A stretch of DNA of 64,000 nt, taken from the NCBI GenBank assembly GCA_023253175.1, contig JALRHH010000002.1, forward strand, positions 256,199 through 320,198, given 5' to 3'. Below the pieces are notes generated by a model, which worked only from the letters and a program-made list of their open reading frames with translations, ran no database searches and had not been told where the DNA came from. The position numbers and the translations under genes were made by a program. This DNA comes from Candidatus Saccharimonadia bacterium (GTDB lineage: Bacteria > Patescibacteriota > Saccharimonadia > Saccharimonadales > JALRHH01). Positions 15,996 to 24,635 of this stretch are shown here, one piece after another (within the stretch, counting starts at the first letter, position 1; the number at the start of each line of letters is the position of its first letter).

Positions 15996-16469
15996 ATGAA
16001 TAGTATTGAAAGCGTACACAACCAAGAGCAAGAAGCTGAGCAGTTTGCATTCAGGCGCATATTTGGTGTGCTTCAGAAGCGATTTGATAGTGCGCTCGAT
16101 ATTCATAGGCGCAACCCTGACTATCGTATGTTCGTGATCATGACGCCAATAGCTGAGGGTGAACCCGCATTTGCACGTATACGACTTACATCCGTTCGTA
16201 ATGCGGAGTATGCGCTTATGCCTACTGATGAAACCAAGCATGACTTTTTTGATATTGGTTTGCCCCTTGAGGTTGCATCAACAGAAAATCCCGAGGCTGC
16301 ACATCTTGGGCGTGATGGCTACTTTATGTATTACAGTGGTTTTGCTTCTGATGAGGGCATGCTTATTAATGCTCAAAATTTTAGAAGTGAATTACCCGAG
16401 CCGTTTGTTTCACTAATGAACGACGACGTTGTTGCGATTCCACTTAGACAACGCCCCTTGACAGGGTAA
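15996..16469 (+). CDS. hypothetical protein (157 aa from ATG 15996)
   Basis: ORF-track frame 15930..16469. The GTG at 15930 lies upstream of the predicted promoter, so ATG 15996 is preferred. No recognisable motif. Confidence 0.4.
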   Translation: MNSIESVHNQEQEAEQFAFRRIFGVLQKRFDSALDIHRRNPDYRMFVIMTPIAEGEPAFARIRLTSVRNAEYALMPTDETKHDFFDIGLPLEVASTENPEAAHLGRDGYFMYYSGFASDEGMLINAQNFRSELPEPFVSLMNDDVVAIPLRQRPLTG

Positions 16470-16487
16470 TTAGCACTCGGGTACTAT
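16458..16487 (+). promoter_or_regulatory. groESL promoter
   Basis: TTGACA (16458-16463), 18 nt, TACTAT (16482-16487); overlaps CIRCE. Confidence 0.6.
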
Positions 16488-16496
16488 GAGTGCTAG
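16470..16496 (+). promoter_or_regulatory. CIRCE operator (HrcA binding site)
   Basis: TTAGCACTC-N9-GAGTGCTAG matches the CIRCE consensus TTAGCACTC-N9-GAGTGCTAA at 17 of 18 positions. Immediately upstream of groES. Confidence 0.9.
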
Positions 16497-16555
16497 AAGT
16501 TGATGATCATTTGCGAGTATCATCAACGAAAAAACAGGGTAAACAAGGAGCGAAT

Positions 16556-16819
16556 ATGTCTGTAAGTATTAAGCCGCTCGGCGATTATGTAGTAGTGCAG
16601 CAGGAAGCCGCAGAAGCCAAGACCGCAAGTGGTCTGTACCTGCCGACGCAGGCTCAGGAAAAGCCAAAGCTAGCTAAAGTATTGGCAGTCGGCAAGGATG
16701 TTAAAGAGGTGAAGGTTGGCGACCGCGTGGTATACGGTGGCTACAGTAACACCGACATCAAGCACGATGGCCAGGACTATATAGTTATCAAAGAAGAAAA
16801 CATTTACGCGACAGTTTAG
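16556..16819 (+). CDS. groES: co-chaperonin GroES
   Basis: MSVSIKPLGDYVVV...; AAGGAG SD at 16545-16550; directly upstream of groEL. Confidence 0.95.
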   Translation: MSVSIKPLGDYVVVQQEAAEAKTASGLYLPTQAQEKPKLAKVLAVGKDVKEVKVGDRVVYGGYSNTDIKHDGQDYIVIKEENIYATV

Positions 16820-16828
16820 GGGGAATAG

Positions 16829-18469
16829 ATGGCTAAGAAAGTATTTTACGATGATGACGCGCGCCGCAGAGTACTCGCGGGTGCAGAAATTCTCTACAGC
16901 GCAGTAAAGACAACCATGGGTCCAAAGGGCCGCAATGTTGTAATCAGCAAGAGTTTCGGTAGCCCAACAGTAACACACGATGGTGTGACGGTTGCTAAGG
17001 GTGTCGAGATCGCTGATGTTGACGACGAAACACTTGGATACAAAGTTGGCGCAGAGCTGATTAAGCAGGCCGCCAACAAGATGAATGATGTGGCTGGTGA
17101 TGGAACGACGACCGTTACTGTTTTGACCTACCACATCTTAAGCGAGGCTAATAAGTTGATTGCTGCTGGTCACAATCCAATGCTGCTCCGCAAGGGTCTC
17201 GAGGCTGCGGCGCACACGGTACTCCAAGAGCTGAGTGCATTCGCAGAAGATGTGACGGCTAAAAAGGGCCGTATCGCCGAAGTCGCGACTATCTCTGCTG
17301 GTGACAAGGAGATTGGGCAGCTGATCGCAGATATTATTGAAAAAGTAGGCAAGGACGGTGTCGTAACGGTTGAAGAAGGCCAGGGACTTGATCTTGAGTC
17401 AGAAGTTGTCGAAGGCTTTACTTTTGACCGTGGTTTCGTGAGTCCGTACATGGTGACTGACACCGCCCGCATGGAGGCCGTGTACAGTAAGCCTGCGATT
17501 GTGATTACCGACAAGAAGATCGCTTCTGTGCAGGAATTCTTGCCGCTTCTTGAAAAGCTTGCACAGGCAGGCAAGAAAGACCTCGTTTTAATCGCAGAAG
17601 ATGTTGAAGGCGAGGCCATGGGTACGCTTATCTTAAACCGTCTAAAGGGTGTATTTAATACTGTTGCCATCAAGGCTCCATCATTTGGTGACCGCCGCAA
17701 GGATGCACTGAGTGACATTGCAGTACTCACAGGTGCGACCGTGATCTCTGAAGAGCAGGGCTACACCTTTGAAAACGTTGATCTTGATGTTGTTGGTACG
17801 GCACGCAAGGTGATCGTAACCAAGGACGAGACCACGATTATTGAAGGTGCGGGTAATCCAGTTAATGTGGAAACTCGCATTGACCAAATTACTGCGCAGG
17901 CAAATGCTGCTACCAGCGAATATGACCGGGAACACCTGGAAAAGCGCCGCGCAGCACTATCTGGTAAGGTTGCAGTTATCAAAGTTGGTGGTGCGACCGA
18001 GACCGAAATCGAAGAGAAGAAGTACCGTGTTGATGACGCCGTGGCCGCCGTTAAGGCTGCGATGGCCGAAGGTATCGTGCCAGGTGGTGGTGTCACGTTG
18101 ATTAATTTAGCACAGGGTCTTAAGGCGACAGGTGATGATGCTTTTGTCGCAGGTCATCAGCTTCTTACCAGGGCACTGGAGCAACCATTCCGTATTATTT
18201 TGACGAATGCTGGACTCAACCCTGACGAGTGGCTTCCACAGGTTAAGGCAGCAAAACCAGGTCACGGCGTTGATGTGAACGATCCAAGCAAGCTTGTCGA
18301 GCTAAAGTCTGCCGGTGTGGTGGATCCTGCTCGTGTTACGAAGGAAGCAATCCAAAATGCGGTATCAATTGCTGGAACAAGTATGACAATGGGTGCACTC
18401 GTGGTTGAGGTACCTGAACCAAAGGTTGCTGCCCCTGATATGTCAGGCGCAATGGGTGGTATGATGTAA
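16829..18469 (+). CDS. groEL: chaperonin GroEL
   Basis: 546 aa; [11 protein letters not shown] motif; C-terminal GGMM tail. Confidence 0.98.
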   Translation: MAKKVFYDDDARRRVLAGAEILYSAVKTTMGPKGRNVVISKSFGSPTVTHDGVTVAKGVEIADVDDETLGYKVGAELIKQAANKMNDVAGDGTTTVTVLTYHILSEANKLIAAGHNPMLLRKGLEAAAHTVLQELSAFAEDVTAKKGRIAEVATISAGDKEIGQLIADIIEKVGKDGVVTVEEGQGLDLESEVVEGFTFDRGFVSPYMVTDTARMEAVYSKPAIVITDKKIASVQEFLPLLEKLAQAGKKDLVLIAEDVEGEAMGTLILNRLKGVFNTVAIKAPSFGDRRKDALSDIAVLTGATVISEEQGYTFENVDLDVVGTARKVIVTKDETTIIEGAGNPVNVETRIDQITAQANAATSEYDREHLEKRRAALSGKVAVIKVGGATETEIEEKKYRVDDAVAAVKAAMAEGIVPGGGVTLINLAQGLKATGDDAFVAGHQLLTRALEQPFRIILTNAGLNPDEWLPQVKAAKPGHGVDVNDPSKLVELKSAGVVDPARVTKEAIQNAVSIAGTSMTMGALVVEVPEPKVAAPDMSGAMGGMM

Positions 18470-18474
18470 GTTTC

Positions 18475-18546
18475 ATGAGGGAACCGGGATAGGTTCTCTC
18501 ATCGCGCAAGGAAATCAAAGATTTCTTTGGCTGCTCTTTCCTGAAT
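18475..18546 (+). repeat. double-hairpin element, copy A
   Basis: ATGAGGGAACC/GGTTCTCTCAT (11 bp), linker CATCGCGCA, AAGGAAATC/GATTTCTTT (9 bp), tail GGCTGCTCTTTCCTGAAT. Related copy at 19727-19802. Confidence 0.6.
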
Positions 18547-18552
18547 TTCGAT

Positions 18553-18586
18553 AAAATAGCCCGGAAGTAAATTCCTGGCTATTTTT
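18553..18586 (+). terminator. intrinsic terminator after groEL
   Basis: AAAATAGCC...GGAA-gtaaa-TTCC...GGCTATTTTT. Confidence 0.7.
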
Positions 18587-18666
18587 GATTTCATTGATGC
18601 GGTGGATTTATTGTTGCGGATTAGGCAATTATCTGGTAATATATAGTGAATTCAAGGAGTGAGCTT

Positions 18667-19110
18667 ATGGCGTTATTCAAACGAAAAAAGTCAGAATCAG
18701 TAATGCCCGAAGAGGTGCAGAATTTTTACGCGGCTGAACGACGCCAGCGCAAGGGTACCGCATGGCTTTTGGCTATCGTGACACTACTTGTAACATTCTT
18801 AATTGCATCTGCATTATTCTTTGGTGGCCGCTGGATTTACCGTGCTATTTTCGATAATGACGACAAAGCATCAACATCTCAGAACGAGTCTATTGACGAC
18901 CAAAAGTCACAGGAAAAGACTGATTCAGAGACTGCGCCGAGCAGCTCTACGACTTCACAAACACCATCCTCTGGCTCGTCATCAAACCAGAACAGTAGCA
19001 GCTCATCAAGTACTAATAATGCAGCTAATTCTGGTTCTACGGCGCAGAATGTGCCAGCGGCCGGCCCGAGCGAGCTCGTGAACACTGGTCCTGGCGACGA
19101 AAACTGGTAA
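18667..19110 (+). CDS. membrane-anchored Ser/Thr/Asn-rich protein
   Basis: AAGGAG at 18654-18659 precedes ATG 18667. One TM segment (WLLAIVTLLVTFLIASALFFG), then a low-complexity S/T/N-rich tail. Confidence 0.6.
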   Translation: MALFKRKKSESVMPEEVQNFYAAERRQRKGTAWLLAIVTLLVTFLIASALFFGGRWIYRAIFDNDDKASTSQNESIDDQKSQEKTDSETAPSSSTTSQTPSSGSSSNQNSSSSSSTNNAANSGSTAQNVPAAGPSELVNTGPGDENW

Positions 19111-19130
19111 GCGGTTGATATTTTCTATAG

Positions 19131-19160
19131 AAAACGGCAGTGAAAAATCTGCCGTTTTTT
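19131..19160 (+). terminator. intrinsic terminator
   Basis: AAAACGGCAG-tgaaaaat-CTGCCGTTTTTT. Confidence 0.8.
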
Positions 19161-19280
19161 GTGACGCAGCTCACAGCAATTGTCCAGATAAGCGCTGTAC
19201 AATAAGAGCAAACTGAGGGGGAGATTAGCTAAAGCAAGGACGATAGGTCGATATATAGGGATAAATCAAGGGGGTACTTC

Positions 19281-19646
19281 ATGAATCCAATCAGCCGACA
19301 AGATGTTCAGAACATCGTCGACATTTCACGAAACAGAATCATGGAGCGAATGGTTACAAAGCAAGATGTAGCAATGGTATCTGAGGCGCTTAAGAACTTA
19401 TTGACGCTCAGCCAACAGAATCAGCAGCTCCTGAGGCAGTCCGAACAGCAACGCATGTTGCTGGCAAGACGAGTGGCGACACTGGAAGGCAGGCTGGCTA
19501 ATTTTGAGAATGAGATGCGGGCTACCACGAACACAATTCTTAAGACGGCAGGTCAGCGACCGCAAATTGTAATGCCAGCGCCACAGCCAGAAGAGCTGCC
19601 GCAAAAGCCACAAGCGCAGTACGCATCATATTATCGACCTGCATAA
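19281..19646 (+). CDS. hypothetical coiled-coil protein
   Basis: 121-aa ORF, Q/L/E-rich heptad-like segment; SD-like AAGGGGG upstream. Confidence 0.5.
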   Translation: MNPISRQDVQNIVDISRNRIMERMVTKQDVAMVSEALKNLLTLSQQNQQLLRQSEQQRMLLARRVATLEGRLANFENEMRATTNTILKTAGQRPQIVMPAPQPEELPQKPQAQYASYYRPA

Positions 19647-19674
19647 AAAGAACCGGAATTACCCGGTTCTTTTT
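19645..19674. terminator. bidirectional intrinsic terminator
   Basis: AAAAAGAACCGG-aattac-CCGGTTCTTTTT. Confidence 0.8.
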
Positions 19675-19726
19675 CGAATATAACAGTATGTGTTAGTTGT
19701 GATGCTGCTGCGTGAAGTAGCTCTTT

Positions 19727-19802
19727 ATGAGAGGGGAGTATCCCCTCTCATCGCGCAGGGCGCGGAATAAATCCGCGCATCTGGCTGCTCTCCCCTATGA
19801 AT
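19727..19802 (+). repeat. double-hairpin element, copy B
   Basis: ATGAGAGGGGA/TCCCCTCTCAT (11 bp perfect), linker CATCGCGCA, GCGCGGA/TCCGCGC (7 bp), tail GGCTGCTCTCCCCTATGAAT. Confidence 0.6.
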
Positions 19803-20229
19803 GGTGCTGCTGCGTGAAGTAGTTTATTTCATTGATGATGTCGAGAAGCGCCTGTGCACGGTTCTTGTCATCTTCGATGGCCTTGGCTGCCTCGTAGGCT
19901 TCACGAAGTAAGCTCTGATCATCTGAGGCTTGGATCATCATCATCGTAGTGCGGAATTTTTCCTCTGGTGACTGTTCGAGGTGTCCAACGAGCGGGCTGA
20001 GCGCCTGTAGGGCTTCTTGCTTAATGTCGAGAAGTTCATCCGAACCATTAACAGGTACTGCGGTGGGTTCGGTTACCGGTGCCGAAGCAGCAGTGTCATC
20101 GGCTACTGGTGCTGTAGTCGGCTGAGCGCCGTCTTGATTAACTGGGCCTGCAGATCCAGGTGCTGGGCTGCCGAAACCGCCTTGTGAAAAGAAGTCACTT
20201 GCCGCATCATTAATGTCTTGTCCGAACAT
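19795..20229 (-). CDS. hypothetical acidic protein
   Basis: 144-aa ORF with an Ala/Pro/Gly-rich N-terminal half. The last 8 codons are duplicated downstream at 19693-19720. Confidence 0.5.
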   Translation of the reverse strand: MFGQDINDAASDFFSQGGFGSPAPGSAGPVNQDGAQPTTAPVADDTAASAPVTEPTAVPVNGSDELLDIKQEALQALSPLVGHLEQSPEEKFRTTMMMIQASDDQSLLREAYEAAKAIEDDKNRAQALLDIINEINYFTQQHHS

Positions 20230-20355
20230 CCCACCTCCTCGGATTTAGAGTTATCAAATTCTATGCATACAGCATAAGCGTTTTTTACAATTTGGGCAAG
20301 CCTGGTGGCCCGCTATAATAAGATGTAATGTTGATAAACGTAAGGATACTAATAA

Positions 20356-21390
20356 ATGCTCGATGATCTTAAAAACATTCATGAACGTGATGCCCAGGAT
20401 GCGCTTGGGATAGCCGAGAAGCAGGCAGCCCAGCTAACGCAGGAATTTACGTTGTCGGGTAATACGAGTTTCGGGGACATTCAGAATGTTGTGTACGCCG
20501 GCATGGGCGGCTCTGCACTCGCGGCGCTACTGATCCATACCTGGCCTAGGTTGTCCTTGCCGTTTGAAGTGGCTCGTGATTACGATCTTCCGCAGTATGT
20601 CGGTCCGCAGACATTGGTGATCGCGGCAAGTTACTCTGGCAACACAGAGGAGACATTGAGTGCGCTTGAGCAGGCAGAAGCAAAGGGCGCACAGATTGCG
20701 GTGATCGCCGGTGGTGGCAAGTTGCAGGAAAAGGCGGAACAAAAAGGGTACCTTTACGGCGTACTGCCAAAGGTAGTGCAGCCACGATATGCGGTTCTTT
20801 CTAACTACAAGCTGCTCCTTGATATTCTGAGAGCTACTGGTGTGCTTACTAATGAGGTACACCCTGAACTTGCACGTGCTTCTGCGGTTCTTGATACTGC
20901 CATTAAGTCATGGGTTCCGACTGTCCCCACAAAGGCCAATCAGGCTAAACAGCTCGCACTTGAGGCGCTTGGAAAATCGATTGTTGTGTATGGTGGTCCA
21001 AAATTGTATCCAGCTGCCTATAAATGGAAAATTAGCTTTAATGAGAATGCAAAACAGGTAGCATGGGCAGGACAGTACCCCGAGTTTAATCACAATGAAT
21101 TCATTGGCTGGAGCAAGCAACCCGTTGACAAGCCATATCTTGTGATTGATCTCCGAAGTAATTTAGAGCACGAGCGAGTACAGAAACGTTTTGAGGTGAG
21201 TGAGCGACTACTATCAGGTATGCGTCCGAGTCCAGAAATTATCGAAGCAAAGGGAGAGACGATCCTTGATCAGTTGCTTTGGACGATTGCGCTTGGGGAT
21301 TTTGTGTCACTGTATACCGGTATCGCAAACGGCCTCAACCCAGCACCGGTTGATCTCGTAGAGAAGTTTAAGAAAGAACTAAGTATATAA
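20356..21390 (+). CDS. bifunctional phosphoglucose/phosphomannose isomerase (SIS domain, archaeal/bacterial PGI-PMI type)
   Basis: SIS motifs GMGGSALAA and ASYSGNTEETL; length and C-terminal domain typical of the PGI/PMI family. Confidence 0.75.
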   Translation: MLDDLKNIHERDAQDALGIAEKQAAQLTQEFTLSGNTSFGDIQNVVYAGMGGSALAALLIHTWPRLSLPFEVARDYDLPQYVGPQTLVIAASYSGNTEETLSALEQAEAKGAQIAVIAGGGKLQEKAEQKGYLYGVLPKVVQPRYAVLSNYKLLLDILRATGVLTNEVHPELARASAVLDTAIKSWVPTVPTKANQAKQLALEALGKSIVVYGGPKLYPAAYKWKISFNENAKQVAWAGQYPEFNHNEFIGWSKQPVDKPYLVIDLRSNLEHERVQKRFEVSERLLSGMRPSPEIIEAKGETILDQLLWTIALGDFVSLYTGIANGLNPAPVDLVEKFKKELSI

Positions 21391-21825
21391 ATGACTTCTG
21401 CGCCGTATTTTGATCCGACTGGCTTTACAAACGAAGAGTATATCAAAAGAGTTGAAAAGCCATGGGGGTATGAGCTGCACTGGGTTCCGGAGGGGTTGCC
21501 GTACATGGGAAAGCTACTACACATATATGAAGGCAAACGTCTGAGTATGCAGGTTCACGATGAGAAGCAGGAAGCATACTTCCTAATAAAGGGCCGCGCT
21601 AAGATTATTTGGGATAACAATAATGGTGAGTTAATTGAGACAGAACTAAAACCATTTGTTGGATATCGAACCTTTATAGGGCAACGGCATCGTCTTTGTG
21701 CAATAACAGACTGTGATATCATCGAATCTTCTACGCCGGAAAGCGGTACTACATATCGTCTGGAGGATGATTTTGCCCGACCAGATGAAACACCTGAGCA
21801 GCGTATGAAAGAGAGGGCAATGTAG
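21391..21825 (+). CDS. cupin-domain protein (type II mannose-6-phosphate isomerase-like)
   Basis: KPWGYELHW...GKRLSMQVHDEKQEAYFLIKGRA matches the cupin PMI pattern. Abuts the PGI/PMI gene: its TAA stop ends at 21390 and this ATG starts at 21391. Confidence 0.7.
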   Translation: MTSAPYFDPTGFTNEEYIKRVEKPWGYELHWVPEGLPYMGKLLHIYEGKRLSMQVHDEKQEAYFLIKGRAKIIWDNNNGELIETELKPFVGYRTFIGQRHRLCAITDCDIIESSTPESGTTYRLEDDFARPDETPEQRMKERAM

Positions 21826-21827
21826 GT

Positions 21828-22565
21828 ATGGGCACGGATTCAAATATCGCGCAGCTTGGCTCTGTCTTGGGGGTCTGGGCGCATCCTGACGATGAAACAT
21901 TTATGGTTGGCGGCTTATTATCTATGGCAGCCGCAAATGGGCAGCGCGTAGCTTGCGTTACTGCAACAAAAGGTGAGGCGGGCGTGCAGGATGCGCTGCG
22001 TTGGCCAGCCGAAACCCTCGGTGAAACGCGCGCCAAAGAATTGACGAACGCGCTGGAGATACTCGGCGTCGGTACCCATCAGTGGCTTGGATATGCGGAT
22101 GGCGGCTGTGCGGCGGTCTCGGCCGATGAGGCAGTTTCTCGCCTTGTAGAAATTATTAATGCGTTTAAGCCTGATAGCATCATTACCTTTCCGCCGGATG
22201 GGCTGACGGGGCATGATGATCACCGGGCTGTATCTGCCTGGACTTTAGCTGCAGCGGCGCAATTGGAAGGTCAGCCAAAGGTTTGGTACGCTGTGCATAC
22301 TGAAGAGGTCTACGATGCTGCATTTAAGAGTATTCATGACAGCATGAACGTATACTTCAATATTGATGTGCCAAAGTTCGTGCCCGAGTCAATTTGTGAT
22401 ATAACCCTAGAATTACCAGATGAAGTGCTGGATAAAAAACTACGTGCACTCAAGGCTATGCCATCGCAGTACGAGGCATTCTTTAACGGAATTAGTCCGC
22501 AGGATGCAGAGCTAGCATTTCAGCTAGAGGGCCTTGTTCTGGTCTCTAGATGGGAAGCTCTTTAA
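21828..22565 (+). CDS. PIG-L/LmbE family deacetylase
   Basis: VLGVWAHPDDETF motif; HDDHR further downstream. Confidence 0.8.
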   Translation: MGTDSNIAQLGSVLGVWAHPDDETFMVGGLLSMAAANGQRVACVTATKGEAGVQDALRWPAETLGETRAKELTNALEILGVGTHQWLGYADGGCAAVSADEAVSRLVEIINAFKPDSIITFPPDGLTGHDDHRAVSAWTLAAAAQLEGQPKVWYAVHTEEVYDAAFKSIHDSMNVYFNIDVPKFVPESICDITLELPDEVLDKKLRALKAMPSQYEAFFNGISPQDAELAFQLEGLVLVSRWEAL

Positions 22566-23073
22566 GCCCTAACAGGTATCCGATATAGCTCGAAAGCAGA
22601 TGTAGCCCAAAATAGAGTGCAAGTACCCAAGCGGCCACCCAGAACGGCACGATCGTTACGGGAAGCGTAAAGAGTAGTCCGCCAATAATATAGTCAGTTT
22701 GATCGAAAGGGAACCATGGCTTTCCTGACGGGATGCCACGTTGCCGCTTGAAAAAGCTCTCAACCGCATCGCCGGCCAGGGCACCAAAGCTCATGCTTGC
22801 CGCAAGCAGTGTAAACAGAACCGTATCATAGTCAGTGAAGTATGTCTGGCTGAGGATATAACCCGTCAGTGTTCCAAGCACTACACCGCTCAGGAGGCCT
22901 CGCCAAGTTTTGTTTTTGCCAAAAACACGCTGACCACGATAGCTTTTACCGAAGTCTAGTGGTGTATTCCAGTTTTTAACATAGGGGATCTTGCTACTAA
23001 ATACTGGCGTCATGTTTGATATTCCAGCGGGCAGGAAGAAGAGCAGTGCGAAAATAATGTTATCTATATTCAT
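22546..23073 (-). CDS. CDP-archaeol synthase-like membrane protein (CarS/DUF46 family)
   Basis: LPAGISNMTPVF...PLDFGKSYRGQRVFGKNKTWRGLLSGVVLG resembles the CarS family signature; multi-TM. Confidence 0.6.
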   Translation of the reverse strand: MNIDNIIFALLFFLPAGISNMTPVFSSKIPYVKNWNTPLDFGKSYRGQRVFGKNKTWRGLLSGVVLGTLTGYILSQTYFTDYDTVLFTLLAASMSFGALAGDAVESFFKRQRGIPSGKPWFPFDQTDYIIGGLLFTLPVTIVPFWVAAWVLALYFGLHLLSSYIGYLLGLKELPI

Positions 23074-23720
23074 GATTTTCTCAATTTCTTACGGAGCTTG
23101 TGATACTTGGGGTAGAGCAGGGTGCGGGCACCGGGTCGTCCGGTGTGATGGGTCGCCCGTGACAAGAGTGCGACGAGGTTTTCTCTGGTTGGCATTTCAG
23201 GCAGCGAACTGTATGTCTTGCCGAGGCCAAGGCTCCCGTGTGCATCGCTGCTGGCTGCCCCGATAACGTTATTAAGCCGCGACCAAACCACGGTCTGGCT
23301 GCTGCGATTTTGTAGGAACGCGCGGCCATTACAGATTTCAATGATGTCGATTTTATCGGCAATTTCTTCAAGAACCTGCGGTGAGAGGCCGCTTCTAATT
23401 GTTTCAAATGGATGCGGTACATAGACGATGCCGTCCTGTGCCTTAATCTGTTCAATTGTTTCGGCTGGCGAGAGGCCGCTCGGAATTGTTTCGGTGAGGT
23501 ACAATCCAATGATTTCTCCACGCGTGGTCATAATCTCTTCGCCTACGATGATCTTATCGCCCAGCTGCTGCTGCATGTGCAGCGCAAATTCAGTTGTGTT
23601 GTGATCTGTGATGGCGATAGCGTCAAGCTTGCCGCTATTTAGTGCCTGTTCATATTGCAGGGCAGTGATACCTCCATCAGGGGAAGCTATAGAGTGCGTG
23701 TGAAAATCAACCTTAAACAT
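23070..23720 (-). CDS. PHP-domain metal-dependent phosphoesterase
   Basis: FKVDFHTHSIASPDG, ITDHNT, SDAHG motifs. Start/stop overlap with the downstream CarS-like gene. Confidence 0.8.
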   Translation of the reverse strand: MFKVDFHTHSIASPDGGITALQYEQALNSGKLDAIAITDHNTTEFALHMQQQLGDKIIVGEEIMTTRGEIIGLYLTETIPSGLSPAETIEQIKAQDGIVYVPHPFETIRSGLSPQVLEEIADKIDIIEICNGRAFLQNRSSQTVVWSRLNNVIGAASSDAHGSLGLGKTYSSLPEMPTRENLVALLSRATHHTGRPGARTLLYPKYHKLRKKLRKS

Positions 23721-23829
23721 AGTTTCTCGCGTGCCAAGTACGGATGTATTTGTATTGTTTCATTACGGACATTATATCAGGAGTGGACCGCGAGGGGATC
23801 TTGATGTCAGTTCATAGTACAATAAGAGT

Positions 23830-24591
23830 ATGAAAACCACCCATACAGCGCCCCGCGCCCGGGAAAACCGTCGGTGGTCAATGACTACCAGATATTCTCA
23901 GTCAAAAGAGGTGGTGAGTTTCTTTAAGACGAGTAGTTTCAACCGCATTTTTGCGCTACTACTTGTTACAAACACAGCGAGCGTGCTCCTGTTCCTGTTT
24001 CGCCTCCTGGAAGCAGACAATTTCAGATACTGGTTTATGCTATGGAACCTGATGCTTGCATGGGCCGCGCCGTTTATTGCGCTGTGGTTGGTTCGCCGCT
24101 TGCAGTACGTATCATGGAAACATTGGTCAAATATTGGGCTTACTCTGGCATGGCTACTCTTTTTACCGAATAGTTTTTATATGGTGAGTGATCTGATTCA
24201 TGTTCGGCAGACAGGCGAGGTGAGCATTATCTTTGATGCAGTATTGTTTAGCTCGTTTATTTTTAACGGCTTTATTGCCGGCTATATTGGCACGTATCTG
24301 ATCCACCGAGAACTAAACAGGCGACTAGCTGCCATCAAGGCTTATGCGCTTGTCGGCGCTGTGTTTGTGCTCTGTAGCTACGCAATCTATTTAGGTAGAA
24401 TACTGCGCTGGAATACCTGGGATGCACTGTTCCAGCCGGCGGCACTTTTGTTCGATATCTCAGACACGATTATTAGACCAGTAGAGCACGCCCAGGCTTA
24501 TGTGATTACGGGCTCATTTACGCTATTAATCAGTGTATTTTATCTACTCGCGTACGAGCTGCTGCATACTATTCGTTCCTCAAGCAAGTAA
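23830..24591 (+). CDS. DUF1361-family membrane protein
   Basis: LLFLPNSFYMVSDLIHV and LGRILRWNTWDALFQP resemble DUF1361 signatures. ATG lies 6 nt after TACAAT (23818-23823). Confidence 0.65.
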   Translation: MKTTHTAPRARENRRWSMTTRYSQSKEVVSFFKTSSFNRIFALLLVTNTASVLLFLFRLLEADNFRYWFMLWNLMLAWAAPFIALWLVRRLQYVSWKHWSNIGLTLAWLLFLPNSFYMVSDLIHVRQTGEVSIIFDAVLFSSFIFNGFIAGYIGTYLIHRELNRRLAAIKAYALVGAVFVLCSYAIYLGRILRWNTWDALFQPAALLFDISDTIIRPVEHAQAYVITGSFTLLISVFYLLAYELLHTIRSSSK

Positions 24592-24635
24592 ACGCTGATG
24601 TAATCTGTCGTCACCTCTGGTAGAATAGGGGTGAT

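Noticed and set aside
19060-19110. C-terminal ELVNTGPG resembling an LPXTG sortase signal
   Set aside because: It does not match LPXTG. It is also not followed by the hydrophobic segment and positively charged tail required for sortase sorting.
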